DNA of 64,000 bases, from positions 1,312,001 through 1,376,000 of the forward strand of contig CAWKDB010000010.1 of NCBI GenBank assembly GCA_963848295.1. Direction: 5' to 3'. Both the position numbers and the translations under genes were made by a program. The DNA is from an uncultured delta proteobacterium (GTDB lineage Bacteria; Myxococcota_A; Polyangia; Haliangiales; Haliangiaceae). The notes beneath the pieces were generated by a model. That model searched no databases and had not been told where the DNA came from. It saw nothing but the letters and a program-made list of their open reading frames with translations. Shown piece after piece: positions 41,904 to 54,436 of the stretch (its first letter is position 1; each line of letters opens with the position of its first letter).

Positions 41904-42717
41904 GCTCGAATGGAATCGCAAGCCCGGCTATGAAGACATCCGCTACGAGGTCGCGGACGGCATCGCGAAGATCACGATCGATCGTCCCGAGGTCCACAAC
42001 GCGTTTCGCCCGCGGACGGTCGCCGAGCTGATCCGCGCGTTCGATGAAGCGCGCGACGACGCGACGGTCGGCGCCGTGATCCTCACGGGTGCGGGCGACG
42101 ACGCGTTCTGCTCCGGCGGAGATCAGCGCGTGCGCGGCAAAGGCGGCTACGTCGGTGCCGACGGAGTGCCGCGGCTGAACGTGCTCGACCTGCACATGCG
42201 CATCCGTTACCTGCCGAAGCCGGTCGTCGCGATGGTCGCGGGTTACGCGCTCGGCGGCGGCCACGTGCTTCACCTCGTCTGCGATCTGACTATCGCGGCC
42301 GACAACGCGAAGTTCGGCCAGACCGGCCCGCGCGTCGGCAGCTTCGACGCCGGCTTCGGCAGCTCGTACCTCGCTCGCATCGTCGGTCAGAAGAAGGCGC
42401 GAGAGATCTGGTTCCTGTGCCGCCAATACGGTGCTGAAGAGGCGCAACGCATGGGCTTGGTCAACACCGTCGTTCCGCTCGCGGACCTCGAGGCGACCAC
42501 GATCCAATGGTGTCGCGAGATGCTCGCGCTGTCGCCGACGGCGCTGCGGTTCCTCAAGATGGCGATGAACGCGGACTGCGACGGCCAAGCCGGCATGATG
42601 GCGTTTGCCGGCTCGGCGACCCTGCTCTACTACACCACCGACGAGGGACGCGAAGGCAAGGAGGCCTTCCTCGAGAAGCGCTCGCCCGACTTCTCGAAGT
42701 TCCCGCGCTACCCCTGA
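41896..42717 (+). CDS. menB: 1,4-dihydroxy-2-naphthoyl-CoA synthase
   Basis: [37 protein letters not shown]. Confidence 0.97.
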   Translation: MSELEWNRKPGYEDIRYEVADGIAKITIDRPEVHNAFRPRTVAELIRAFDEARDDATVGAVILTGAGDDAFCSGGDQRVRGKGGYVGADGVPRLNVLDLHMRIRYLPKPVVAMVAGYALGGGHVLHLVCDLTIAADNAKFGQTGPRVGSFDAGFGSSYLARIVGQKKAREIWFLCRQYGAEEAQRMGLVNTVVPLADLEATTIQWCREMLALSPTALRFLKMAMNADCDGQAGMMAFAGSATLLYYTTDEGREGKEAFLEKRSPDFSKFPRYP

Positions 42718-42720
42718 TCG

Positions 42721-42805
42721 GGGGACGGTGTTCACTCTGTCAACCGCGTCATAACGATTTCAACATGTTGCATCGGATTTGGTTGTCAAAGTGAACACCG
42801 TCCCC
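42721..42805. repeat. 85-bp MITE/REPIN-like element (copy 2) between menB and menA
   Basis: Same terminal inverted repeats as 22428-22512; right end abuts the menA ATG. Confidence 0.9.
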
Positions 42806-43681
42806 ATGAGGATCTGGCTCCAGGCCGCGCGGCCCAAGACGCTGCCGGCCGCGGTCGCGCCGGTTGCGGTGGGTACGGCGTGCGCCTCGGCCGCGGGCGG
42901 GTTTCGGATCGGCCCGGCGCTCGCCGCACTCGGCGGCGCGCTCGCGATCCAGATCGCGACGAACCTCGCGAACGACGCCTTCGATGCGAAGCGCGGCGCC
43001 GACGGACCGGATCGCATCGGCCCGGTGCGCGCGGTCTCGGCAGGCCTGATCTCTGCGCGCGCGATGCTGGTCGCGATGGCAGCCGCGTTCGCGGCCGCGA
43101 CCGGGTTCGGCGTGTATCTCGCGCTCGTCGCCGGCTGGCCGGTCGTCGCGATCGGCCTCGTCTCGATCGGCGCTGGCATCGCGTACACCGGCGGACCCTA
43201 CCCGCTCGGCTATCATGGCCTCGGCGATGTCGCCGTCATGATCTTCTTCGGCTTCGTCGCGGTGTGCGGGACCACATACGTCCAGGCGATGCACGTGCCG
43301 TCGCTCGCGGTGTGGGCCGCGATACCGGTCGGTGCGCTGGCGACCGCGATCCTCGTCGTCAACAACCTGCGCGATCGTCGCACCGACGAGCGCGTCGGCA
43401 AGCGCACCCTCGCCGTTCGGCTCGGCCGCAAGGGCTCGATCATCGAATACACCGCGCTGCTCGCGATCGCCTACGTCGCCCCGGTCGGCATCGCGATCGC
43501 GACCTACCACTGGCTTACGCTGCTCCCCCTCGCGACCCTGCCGCTCGCGCGCTCGCGCGTCCGCGCGTTCGTGATGGCTGCCGCGATGCAAGACGGCGCG
43601 CAGTACAACGCGTGCCTCGCGGCGACCGCGCAGCTCCTGATCGCGCACGCCGGGTTGTTCGCGCTCGGCCTCGCGTGCTGA
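42806..43681 (+). CDS. menA: DHNA polyprenyltransferase
   Basis: [41 protein letters not shown]...GKRTL. Confidence 0.95.
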   Translation: MRIWLQAARPKTLPAAVAPVAVGTACASAAGGFRIGPALAALGGALAIQIATNLANDAFDAKRGADGPDRIGPVRAVSAGLISARAMLVAMAAAFAAATGFGVYLALVAGWPVVAIGLVSIGAGIAYTGGPYPLGYHGLGDVAVMIFFGFVAVCGTTYVQAMHVPSLAVWAAIPVGALATAILVVNNLRDRRTDERVGKRTLAVRLGRKGSIIEYTALLAIAYVAPVGIAIATYHWLTLLPLATLPLARSRVRAFVMAAAMQDGAQYNACLAATAQLLIAHAGLFALGLAC

Positions 43682-44646
43682 CCCTCGAGCAGCGCACCCT
43701 CCGATGGCGAGTCGAACCGCGCGGAGCGGCCCGTGGCATCACCCAGCGAACCGCGACGATCCTGATCGCGCGTCAGGCCAGCGCGATCGGTCTCGGGGAA
43801 TGGGGACGCTGTCTCTTTTGTCAACTTATGGCGCCAGGGCATCCCCGCAACCCTCTAGATCTAAATGCCTTTGCTGGGGACGCTGTCTCTTTTGTCAACT
43901 TCCGGCTCCCCGACCCCGCAATCGCAACCGCGTCCGCTGCCCTCGATGTCGCAGCCGATATGCCCGCGCCGGCGATGCGGTTCGCACTCGAGACCGCGCT
44001 GCTGTCGCTTATCGCGCAACGCGAGCGTACGTCGGTCGCGGCGCTGCTCGTACCGAACCCGATTCCGCGCGTCCGTTCGGCGCCAGTGGTCGACACGGCT
44101 GACGAAGCGCGCGCCGCCGTCGCCGCGGGTGCGACCGCGCTCAAGCTCAAGATCGGCCCCGATGACTTCGAGCTCGCGCGCGACATCTCTGGCGCGGTTC
44201 CCGGTGTCCGCCTGCGGATCGATGCGAACCGGCGCTGGCCGCGCACCGAGACGCCGGCGCGCCTCGAGTCGTTGCGCGCGCTCCCGGTCGACTATGTCGA
44301 AGAGCCGTGCGAGCGCGCCCACGAGTTGCTCGCCGAGCTGCTCCCAGTCCCGATCGCGCTCGACGAGTCGCTCGCCGAGCTCGATGCCGCCGCGGTCGAT
44401 CGCGCACTCGCGGCGCCGAGTCTCGCCGCGCTCGTCCTCAAGCCGACGTTGCTCGGCGGCTTCGCCCGCTGCCTCGACCTCGCGGCCCGCGCGCGCCGCG
44501 CCGGCAAGCTCGCGATCATGTCGCACTTCCTCGAGGGCCCGATCGGCACCGCTGCATGTCACGAGCTCGCGCGCGCGATCCGCTGCGACGCCCCCGTCGG
44601 CCTCGCCCCGCACCCCGCGCTCGATCACTTCGCCGAGGCACTGTGA
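43675..44646 (+). CDS. menC: o-succinylbenzoate synthase with in-frame repeat-derived insertion
   Basis: GLGE N-domain, KLK, DAN, EEP, DES, LKP enolase-superfamily motifs; operon context. Confidence 0.8.
   Translation: MLTLEQRTLRWRVEPRGAARGITQRTATILIARQASAIGLGEWGRCLFCQLMAPGHPRNPLDLNAFAGDAVSFVNFRLPDPAIATASAALDVAADMPAPAMRFALETALLSLIAQRERTSVAALLVPNPIPRVRSAPVVDTADEARAAVAAGATALKLKIGPDDFELARDISGAVPGVRLRIDANRRWPRTETPARLESLRALPVDYVEEPCERAHELLAELLPVPIALDESLAELDAAAVDRALAAPSLAALVLKPTLLGGFARCLDLAARARRAGKLAIMSHFLEGPIGTAACHELARAIRCDAPVGLAPHPALDHFAEAL
43801..43901 (+). repeat. Two identical 27-bp direct repeats (47-bp spacer) inside menC
   Basis: TGGGGACGCTGTCTCTTTTGTCAACTT at 43801-43827 and 43875-43901. 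Confidence 0.9.
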
Positions 44647-45758
44647 CCTTCGCGCCGATCGTCGCGACGTCGACGCGCGAGATGCTGCGCGCGATCACAT
44701 CCGCCCTCGATGACCACCGTCCGATCGCACTCCTCGCGTCCGAGCTCGAGCTCGATCGGCAACGCGCGGTGCTAGCGGCGGCCAACCCGCGCCCCGGCGA
44801 CGCGCTCGTGCTGTTCACGTCCGGCTCGACCGGCGGCTCGCGCGGCGTCGTTCACACCTACGCCAGCGTGGCGGCGATCAGCGCCGCGTCACGGCTCGGT
44901 TGGCGCACCGACGACCGCTGGCTCGCCTCGCTCCCGCTCGCCCGCGCCGGCGGTGTCGCGATCGCGATCCGCTGTCACGCCGCGAACGTGCCGGTCGAGC
45001 TCGCAACCGACGGCGAGCCGCTCGCGACCGCGCTCGAGCGCGTCACGCTCGCTTCGCTCGTGCCGACTCAGCTCGCGACGTTGCTCGCCGATCCCGCGTG
45101 GCGCGCGCCGCGTCGGTTGCGAGCGGTCTTGCTCGGCGGTGCTCACGCCGCGCCGTCGCTCGTCGCTGCCGCTCTCGCCCGCGGAGTACCGGTGCTCGCG
45201 ACCTACGGCTTGACCGAAACGCTCGGCCAGGTCGCGACCGCCGAGTCACCCGGCGGCCCGATCGTCGCGCTCCCCGGCGTGCAGCTCGCCGCCGGCACCG
45301 CGGCCGCACCGGCGCCGATCTGCATCCGCGCGCCGATGTTGGCGAAGCGCTATCTCGACGGCGACGCGATCGCCCCCGAGCTCGTCACGTCGGACCTCGG
45401 CTGGCTCGATGCCGCGGGCTCGCTCCACGTCGCAGGCCGCGCCGACGAGGTCATCATCACCGGCGGCCACAAGGTCCACCCGACCGAAGTCGAAGCCGTG
45501 CTCGCCGCGACGGTCGGTGTCCGCGCCGCGTGCGTGTTCGCTATCGCCGATCCCCACTGGGGCCAGATCGTCGGCGTCGCGCTCGCGGTCGCGCCACCGT
45601 TCGATCGCGCCGCCGCGCTCGCGCACTGGCACGCGGCTCTGCCACCCTACGCACGCCCGCGCCGGCTCGCAATCGCCGCTGCGTTGCCACTGCTCGCTGG
45701 CGACAAGGTCGATCGCCGCGCCGCCGCCGTGCTGCCGACCGAGCCCGTCCGCTACTGA
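44643..45758 (+). CDS. menE: o-succinylbenzoate-CoA ligase (short form)
   Basis: LFTSGSTGG, SLVPTQL, TYGLTE, SDLG, GRAD, WGQ; operon context. Confidence 0.82.
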   Translation: MTFAPIVATSTREMLRAITSALDDHRPIALLASELELDRQRAVLAAANPRPGDALVLFTSGSTGGSRGVVHTYASVAAISAASRLGWRTDDRWLASLPLARAGGVAIAIRCHAANVPVELATDGEPLATALERVTLASLVPTQLATLLADPAWRAPRRLRAVLLGGAHAAPSLVAAALARGVPVLATYGLTETLGQVATAESPGGPIVALPGVQLAAGTAAAPAPICIRAPMLAKRYLDGDAIAPELVTSDLGWLDAAGSLHVAGRADEVIITGGHKVHPTEVEAVLAATVGVRAACVFAIADPHWGQIVGVALAVAPPFDRAAALAHWHAALPPYARPRRLAIAAALPLLAGDKVDRRAAAVLPTEPVRY

Positions 45759-45777
45759 CGCGTGATATACCGACGTC

Positions 45778-46410
45778 GTGACCACGCGCTTCCTCGATCA
45801 CGAGGCACGAGCTGCGTTCAAGCGAGCGGTCGAGGCGGTCGAGAATGCCTCGGCAGTCGAGGTCGTCGTCGCAGTACGGCAGAAATCCGCGACGTACCGC
45901 CACGCCAACGCGATCGTCGGCGCGATCGTCGCGTTCATCGGCCTCGCCGTCATGCTCTACGGCGAGCACGTGTTCTTGCTGCGGTCGATCCTGATCGAGC
46001 CGTTCGTGGTCGGCGGGCTCGCCGCCTGGCTCGTCGAGCTGTTGCCGCAGCTCAAGCGCATGATGACGCCCGCAGCGCGCCGACGGCGACACGTCGATCG
46101 CGCCGCGCGCGCGCTGTTCGTCGATCACAACATCCACACGACGACCGGGCGCAGCGGCATCCTCGTCTACATCTCTTGGCTCGAGCAGCAAGTCTCGCTC
46201 GTCGCGGACATCGGGCTGCTCCGCGAGCTGCCACCGCCGGTCCTCAAGCGCGCCCAGGACGAGCTCACCGCGGCCGTCTCGAGTGGCGGAGCCGCGGTCG
46301 CGAAGCTCGTCGAGGCGCTCGCGCCGACGATGGCGAAGGCCATGCCCCATCGCGATGACGACGTCAACGAGCTGCCCGACGCGGTCGACAGCGATCTCGG
46401 TGACGATTGA
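45778..46410 (+). CDS. TPM-domain membrane protein
   Basis: VEAVENASAVEVVV, two TM helices, ARALF...TTGRSGILVYIS..EQQVSLVADIG, DDVNELPD. Confidence 0.8.
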   Translation: MTTRFLDHEARAAFKRAVEAVENASAVEVVVAVRQKSATYRHANAIVGAIVAFIGLAVMLYGEHVFLLRSILIEPFVVGGLAAWLVELLPQLKRMMTPAARRRRHVDRAARALFVDHNIHTTTGRSGILVYISWLEQQVSLVADIGLLRELPPPVLKRAQDELTAAVSSGGAAVAKLVEALAPTMAKAMPHRDDDVNELPDAVDSDLGDD

Positions 46411-47894
46411 CGAGGCGGATCCGGATCACGCTGCTGACGATCGCGACGCTCGTCACGTTGACCGCGCTCGCGATCGCGCGCCCGGGCGGCGGCGAGAGCT
46501 TCTCCGGCGGTGGCGGTCACTCGGGCGGCGGCAGCGGAGGTGGCGGTGGCGCGGCGGTGTTCTACCTGATCTGGTATGGGCTCCAGCTTTGCATCTACTA
46601 CCCGTACATCGGCTTGCCCATCATCGCGCTCATCGTCGGCGCGGTCATCTACGGCTCGATCTCGAAGAGCCGCAATCGCGATTGGGAGAGCGGGCCGCCG
46701 GTCGTGCTCGAGCGCGCGACCTCGCTCGAGCGCGTCCGCGAGATCGATCCCGAGTTCTCGCAAGTGCCGTTCGAGGACTTCGCGTTCCGCCTGTTCTCGA
46801 CCGCACAGCGCGCCCGTGCGACCGAGGCGACGCGCGCGACGATCGCACCCTACGTCTCGCCGAACGCGCAGGTCGAGCTCGCGCGGCGCGAGCCCGTCGG
46901 CACTCCGGTCACGCAGGTCATCGTGGGTGCGATGCGGCCGTATCGCGTCGACGTTCCGCGCGCAGCCACCGACGCCGACGGCAAGCCGACGCGCGTTCGC
47001 ATCGGCATCGAGTTCGAAGCGAACGTGCTGACCGGTCAGCACACCTACTACTCGGTCGAGAGCTGGCTGTTCGCACGCGACGCGACGCGACACAGTAAGC
47101 CACCCGGGCGCGCGAAGGACTTCCCGTGCCCGAACTGCGGCGCGCCGTGGCAAGCGTCCGCGACCGGCACGCAGGTGTGCGCGTCGTGTAATCAAGTCGT
47201 CGATAACGGCCGGTTCGATTGGGTCGTCGAAGAAATCTCGGTCGCGTCGATCGACGAACGTCCGCCATCCCTCACGACCGAAGTCCCGGAGCGCGGCAAC
47301 GACCTCGCGACCTATCGCGACGATGGCGTCGACGAGGATTGGGCGGCGCTCACGACCGATGATCCGGCGGTCACCGAGGGCGGCGTCGAGGCCCGGCTCA
47401 AGATGATCTACGACGCGATGAACAAGGCGTGGTCGACGAACGCGCTCGAGCCGATCCGCGGGTTCGTCAGCGACGGGCTCTACGACTACTTGCAGTACTG
47501 GGTCGATGCCTACAAGCGGCAGGGCTTGCGCAACCAGCTCACCGACATGCGCGTCACGTCGATCGAGCTCGCGAAGGTCCAGCGCGACAAGTACTACGAC
47601 GCGGTGACGCTGCGCGTGTTCGCGACCGGCAAGGACTTCGTCGTCAAGACCGACACCGGTCAGCTGATGCGCGGCTCGAAGAATCGCGAGCGGCCGTACA
47701 GCGAGTACTGGACGCTGATCCGGAGCGCCGGGCGCAAGGGTGCCCCGCACATCGAGCCGACGTGCGGCAACTGCGGCGCGCCGTTGAAGATCACGATGGC
47801 CGGCTCGTGCGAGCACTGCGGCGCGCACGTCACGGCCGGTGAGTTCGACTGGGTGCTCTCGAAGATCGAGCAAGACGACACGTACCGCGGCTGA
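46407..47894 (+). CDS. Tim44-like domain protein with two zinc ribbons
   Basis: RPGGGESFSGGGG Gly-rich N-terminus, TM, IDPEFS...ESWLFAR and YSEYWTLIR, CPNCGAP..CASC and CGNCGAP..CEHC. Confidence 0.78.
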   Translation: MTRRIRITLLTIATLVTLTALAIARPGGGESFSGGGGHSGGGSGGGGGAAVFYLIWYGLQLCIYYPYIGLPIIALIVGAVIYGSISKSRNRDWESGPPVVLERATSLERVREIDPEFSQVPFEDFAFRLFSTAQRARATEATRATIAPYVSPNAQVELARREPVGTPVTQVIVGAMRPYRVDVPRAATDADGKPTRVRIGIEFEANVLTGQHTYYSVESWLFARDATRHSKPPGRAKDFPCPNCGAPWQASATGTQVCASCNQVVDNGRFDWVVEEISVASIDERPPSLTTEVPERGNDLATYRDDGVDEDWAALTTDDPAVTEGGVEARLKMIYDAMNKAWSTNALEPIRGFVSDGLYDYLQYWVDAYKRQGLRNQLTDMRVTSIELAKVQRDKYYDAVTLRVFATGKDFVVKTDTGQLMRGSKNRERPYSEYWTLIRSAGRKGAPHIEPTCGNCGAPLKITMAGSCEHCGAHVTAGEFDWVLSKIEQDDTYRG

Positions 47895-48674
47895 CTACCG
47901 GCTGTGGTAGATCCAGTCGCTCGCGCGTTTCTCGACGAGCTCCTCGGCGACGCGCTTGCCGAGCTCGCCGAGCGCATCGATCTCTTCTCTGCCGCTGCGC
48001 GCCATCGCCGCGACCGGCAGCTGCACCGGCAGCGCGACCGGCGTCGACCCGAACAGCGAGCCGGCGACCGATAACACGCCGTGGTCGTAGCCGAGGTGCA
48101 ACGTGATGCCCGCGGGCAGCTCGAGGCGCGCGCGCAGCGAGCGCAGCGCGAACACGAACGACAGCGGCGTGCGAAACACCGTCGGGCCGGCTTCGGCGTG
48201 ATCGATCGCGATCGAGATCTGGCCGAGGCCCGGCAGGAACGCACTCGGCGCGAACTCGAGCCTCGCGTGATCGATCACGACGCGATCGGCGCGCGGCGGC
48301 GCGTGCTTCGGCGGGCGCAGCGCGAACAATGCGCCGCTCGACACCGACATCGTCATGTCCCGGACCGCGAGCTCGCGGCACTCGCCGTCGACGAGCGCGA
48401 GCCCGAGCGGCAGCAAGTCGCAGTCGACCCGGCCCACCGCGACGTCGAGACGGCCGATCGCGTCGTCGCGCACGAGGTGCAGCTGCTCCATCTCAAACCG
48501 GCCGCGAACGAGCGCCAGGTCGTGAGCACCGACCGTCGCGCCGGCGTGCAGCGACTCGCCGAGCTGACGTGCGATCCGGTCCGCCGCGGCATCACCGCGC
48601 ATCGCGCCGAAGATCACCATCGCGATCAGCCAGGCCGTGACGAGCCCGGCGACCGCGATCGCGACCCGTTTCAT
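47895..48674 (-). CDS. Hypothetical membrane-anchored protein (possibly AsmA-like)
   Basis: N-terminal TM followed by beta-rich region; zero gap after parE. Confidence 0.55.
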   Translation of the reverse strand: MKRVAIAVAGLVTAWLIAMVIFGAMRGDAAADRIARQLGESLHAGATVGAHDLALVRGRFEMEQLHLVRDDAIGRLDVAVGRVDCDLLPLGLALVDGECRELAVRDMTMSVSSGALFALRPPKHAPPRADRVVIDHARLEFAPSAFLPGLGQISIAIDHAEAGPTVFRTPLSFVFALRSLRARLELPAGITLHLGYDHGVLSVAGSLFGSTPVALPVQLPVAAMARSGREEIDALGELGKRVAEELVEKRASDWIYHSR

Positions 48675-50614
48675 CTAGATGTCGAGCTCGCCGATCTCGG
48701 CGGCGTTCTCGGTGATCAGCTTGTAGCGAGCCGCGACGTCCTTGCCCATCAGATCCGAGATCGCCTGGTCGGTGCGGCGCTCTTCGCCGCGCTTGACCGT
48801 CACGCGCAACGTCTGGCGCGTTTCCGGATCGAGCGTCGTCATCTTCAGCGTCTCGGGGTTCATCTCGCCGAGGCCCTTGAATCGCGTGATCGAGGGCTTC
48901 GCGTTGCCTTTGATCGACGCGAGCAGCTTGTCGCGGTGCGGCTCGTCGAGCGCCCACATCGTCTGCTTGCCGACGTCGATGCGATACAGCGGCGGCTGCG
49001 CGAGATAGATGTTGCCGTGCTCGATCAGCTTCGGCATGTGGCGAAAGAAGAACGTCAAGAGCAGCGTCGCGATGTGATGGCCATCGGCGTCGGCGTCCAT
49101 CAGCAAGAACACCTTGCCGTAGCGCAGCTTCGTGATGTCGAACGTCTCGCCCATCCCGCAGCCGAGCGCCGACACGATGTCCTGGAGCTCCTTGTTCGCG
49201 AGCAGCTTTTGCCCGCTCGCCTGCTCCGCGTTGAGCACCTTGCCGCGCAACGGCAGGATCGCCTGGGTCTTGCGATCGCGGCCTTGCTTCGCCGAGCCGC
49301 CTGCCGAATCGCCCTCGACGATGAACAACTCGCTGTCGCCCGGATCGGTCGACGAGCAGTCGGAGAGCTTGCCGGGCAGGTTGAGACGGTGGCTGACCGC
49401 GGTCTTGCGCGTGACTTGCTGAGCGGCGCGCGACGCCTCGCGGGCACGCGCCGAGATGATCGTACGCGCGACGACGGCCTGCGCCCAATTCGGGTTCTCG
49501 TTGAGATAGTTCTCGAGCGCCGGCCGCACGAGGCCTTCGACATGCGCCGCGACCTCGGGGTTGTTGAGCCGGTTCTTGGTCTGGCTCTGGAACTGCGGAT
49601 CGTGGACGTACGTCGACAGCACCGCGACCACGCCCTCACGGATGTCCTCCGCGGTCAGCGTGACGCCCTTCGGATCGAGCTTGTGCGTCGCGATGTAGTT
49701 GCGGATCGACTTGACGATCGCGGAGCGCAACCCGGTGTCGTGCGTGCCGCCATCGGGCGTCGGCACGGAGTTGACGTACGTCTTGATCAGATCGTCGGGT
49801 GACTCGGTCCACTGCAGCGCGAGCTCGAGGCCGATCTTGAGGTCCTTGTCTTGCTTGTCGAGAAAGAACAGCGGGCCGCCCGGCGGCACCGGCTGCTTGT
49901 CGCGCTCGGCGATCAGCTTCGGCAGATATTCGGCGATGCCGTTCGGATGGATGAACTTGTGCATCGCCGCCGGCTTCGCGGTCTCGTCCTTGAACTCGAT
50001 CTCGAGGCCGCCGTGCAGATAGCTCTTCGCCTCGAGCCGCTCGGCGATCTGCGCCGGATCGAATTGCAGCTTGCCGCCGAACACCTCGTCGTCGGGATGA
50101 AACGTCACGGTCGTGCCGGTGCCGCGACCCGGGCCGAGCTTCTTGAGCTTGGTCTTCGGCTCGCCGCGCTGGAACCTCATCTCGTACTTCTGGCCGTCGC
50201 GCTTGACGTGGACGATGAGCTCGCTCGACAGCGCGTTGACGACCGCGGCGCCGACGCCGTGCAAGCCGCCGGAGACCGCGTAGCTCTTGCCGCGCTCGAA
50301 CTTGCCGCCGGAGTGCAGCGTCGTGAAGATGATCTCGAGCGCCGGCTTCTTGTACTTCGCCATCGTGTCGACGGGAATGCCTCGGCCGTTGTCCTCGACC
50401 GTGCACGTCTTGCCGTCGGCGTGGAGCGTGACCTCGACGCGCGTCGCGTGCTTGTTGATGACCTCGTCGATCGAGTTGTCGACGACTTCCCACAACAGAT
50501 GGTGGTAGCCATCTTTGCCGGTTCCGCCGATATACATGCCCGGTCGTTTGCGGACCGGATCGAGACCTTCGAGGACCTGGATGTCCTCGCCGGTGTACCT
50601 GCTCGCTGAGGCCA

Positions 50615-50615
<1 letters not shown>
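48675..50615 (-). CDS. parE: Type IIA topoisomerase subunit B (topoisomerase IV-like)
   Basis: [59 protein letters not shown]; no GyrB insertion. Confidence 0.85.
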
Positions 50616-53137
<2,522 letters not shown>

Positions 53138-53217
53138 GAGGTCCTGAAGTGCCCTAAGGTGGCCGACTATCGAAATTGGCCCGTCGACTGGGCGCGTGTT
53201 AACGGTCGACGTAGGCC

Positions 53218-53778
53218 ATGGTCCGTAGACGATCGACCGCGCGCAAGAAAAGGCCCAAATACGCGGGTCGCGCCAACCGGGGCGGTTCGCCCACGCGCCG
53301 TCACGGCATGTGGGTGGTCCTCGTGCTCGGCGCGTTGGTCGTCGTCAACCTTTACGTCTTCGTGTGGGACAAGAACACGTCGGTCGCGGCGATCCGTGAT
53401 CGCGCCGAGCACGCACCGATCACGGCGGGTGAACCGCTGGCGGCCGCGCGGCTGTCGACCTCACGCAGTGGGTCCGTCGCCGCGCCACCCGCACCGCCGG
53501 GGCTACCGCCCGTGATCGACGGCAAGGTCGCCAAGGGCGACACGCTCGGTCGCGTGCTCAAGCGCGCGGGCCTCGGCGCCGGCGACACGGATGAAGTGAT
53601 CCGCGCGCTCGCCGGCGTAATCGACTTCAAGGCGATCAAAGCGGGCCAGGTGTTCCACTTAGCGCGCACGTCCACGGGCCACGTCGCCCGCTTCGAGCTC
53701 GAGCTGGCAAAGGGCCACCGGGTCGTCGCCGAACGCAAGCCTGGCGGCGGGCTAGTCGGCAGCAGCACCGCCGAGTGA
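53218..53778 (+). CDS. Membrane-anchored LysM/OapA-like domain protein
   Basis: Basic N-terminus, single [19 protein letters not shown]...FKAIKAGQ. Confidence 0.6.
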   Translation: MVRRRSTARKKRPKYAGRANRGGSPTRRHGMWVVLVLGALVVVNLYVFVWDKNTSVAAIRDRAEHAPITAGEPLAAARLSTSRSGSVAAPPAPPGLPPVIDGKVAKGDTLGRVLKRAGLGAGDTDEVIRALAGVIDFKAIKAGQVFHLARTSTGHVARFELELAKGHRVVAERKPGGGLVGSSTAE

Positions 53779-53831
53779 TCGCGGTCATGGTCGGGCTTGC
53801 CGATTCACCGCTTCCTCGTCATGCTTGAGGC

Positions 53832-54278
53832 GTGATCAAGCTTCTGGTCGGACTCATCAAAGGCGCGATCATCGGTGGCGCGGTGGGGTACGGCGCATAT
53901 GCCCTTGGCGACGCGACCGGCTTTGCGAATCCGTGGCTGACCTACGGCGTGGTCGGCGTGCTCGTCGGGTTGTTGGTCGGCCGGCCGATCTGGTCGCTGA
54001 TCCGCGATCAGAACGCGACGACGGTCGTGTCGATGTTGAAGGCAGCGTTCGGCTTCGGCGTCGGCTGCGGGCTCTACGCGCTGGTGTCCAAGGCGATCAG
54101 CCCGTCCCTGACGGTCGCGGGTCACGACGTGTTCGCGTGGGCGCCGACGCTCGGCGGCGCGATCGGCGCGGTCTACGGCGCTTTCGTCGAGCTGGACGAT
54201 GCGATCGGCGACGGCGGAGGCGCCAAGAAGCCGGCGAAGGCCGACCCCGAGCAGTCCAGCCCGCCGAAGCAGAAGTAG
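53832..54278 (+). CDS. Small Gly-rich polytopic membrane protein
   Basis: About four hydrophobic helices, GC3-rich codons. Confidence 0.7.
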   Translation: MIKLLVGLIKGAIIGGAVGYGAYALGDATGFANPWLTYGVVGVLVGLLVGRPIWSLIRDQNATTVVSMLKAAFGFGVGCGLYALVSKAISPSLTVAGHDVFAWAPTLGGAIGAVYGAFVELDDAIGDGGGAKKPAKADPEQSSPPKQK

Positions 54279-54331
54279 CCCGGCAACTCGAGTCGCCGGG
54301 TGCGACGCGGCTGATGCCGCGCAGTTAGGCC

Positions 54332-54347
54332 AGGCACGCGAGATGCT
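54332..54347 (+). promoter_or_regulatory. Putative sigma54 promoter
   Basis: AGGCACGCGAGATGCT (GG-N10-GC); predicted +1 near 54358. Confidence 0.55.
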
Positions 54348-54359
54348 CGTACCACGAGC

Positions 54360-54434
54360 ATGAGCCGCGATATCCGCCTGTTCATCCTCGGTCACGTGAT
54401 GCTCGTCCTCGTCGCCACCCTCGGCAGCATCTGA
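54360..54434 (+). CDS. Putative 24-aa hydrophobic small protein MSRDIRLFILGHVMLVLVATLGSI
   Basis: Hand-translated; nearly all codons end in G/C; sigma54-like promoter directly upstream; fills intergenic gap. Confidence 0.5.
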   Translation: MSRDIRLFILGHVMLVLVATLGSI

Positions 54435-54436
54435 CG

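Noticed and set aside
42744..42773. dif/Xer-like site in the element core (CATAA-N8-ACATGTTGCAT)
   Set aside because: Weak match to the XerD arm, present in two dispersed copies; the IHF-like reading fits better
43801..43901. Mini CRISPR array (27-bp repeats, 47-bp spacer)
   Set aside because: Only two units, inside a coding frame, no cas genes or leader; the same repeat occurs solo and in related inverted form elsewhere
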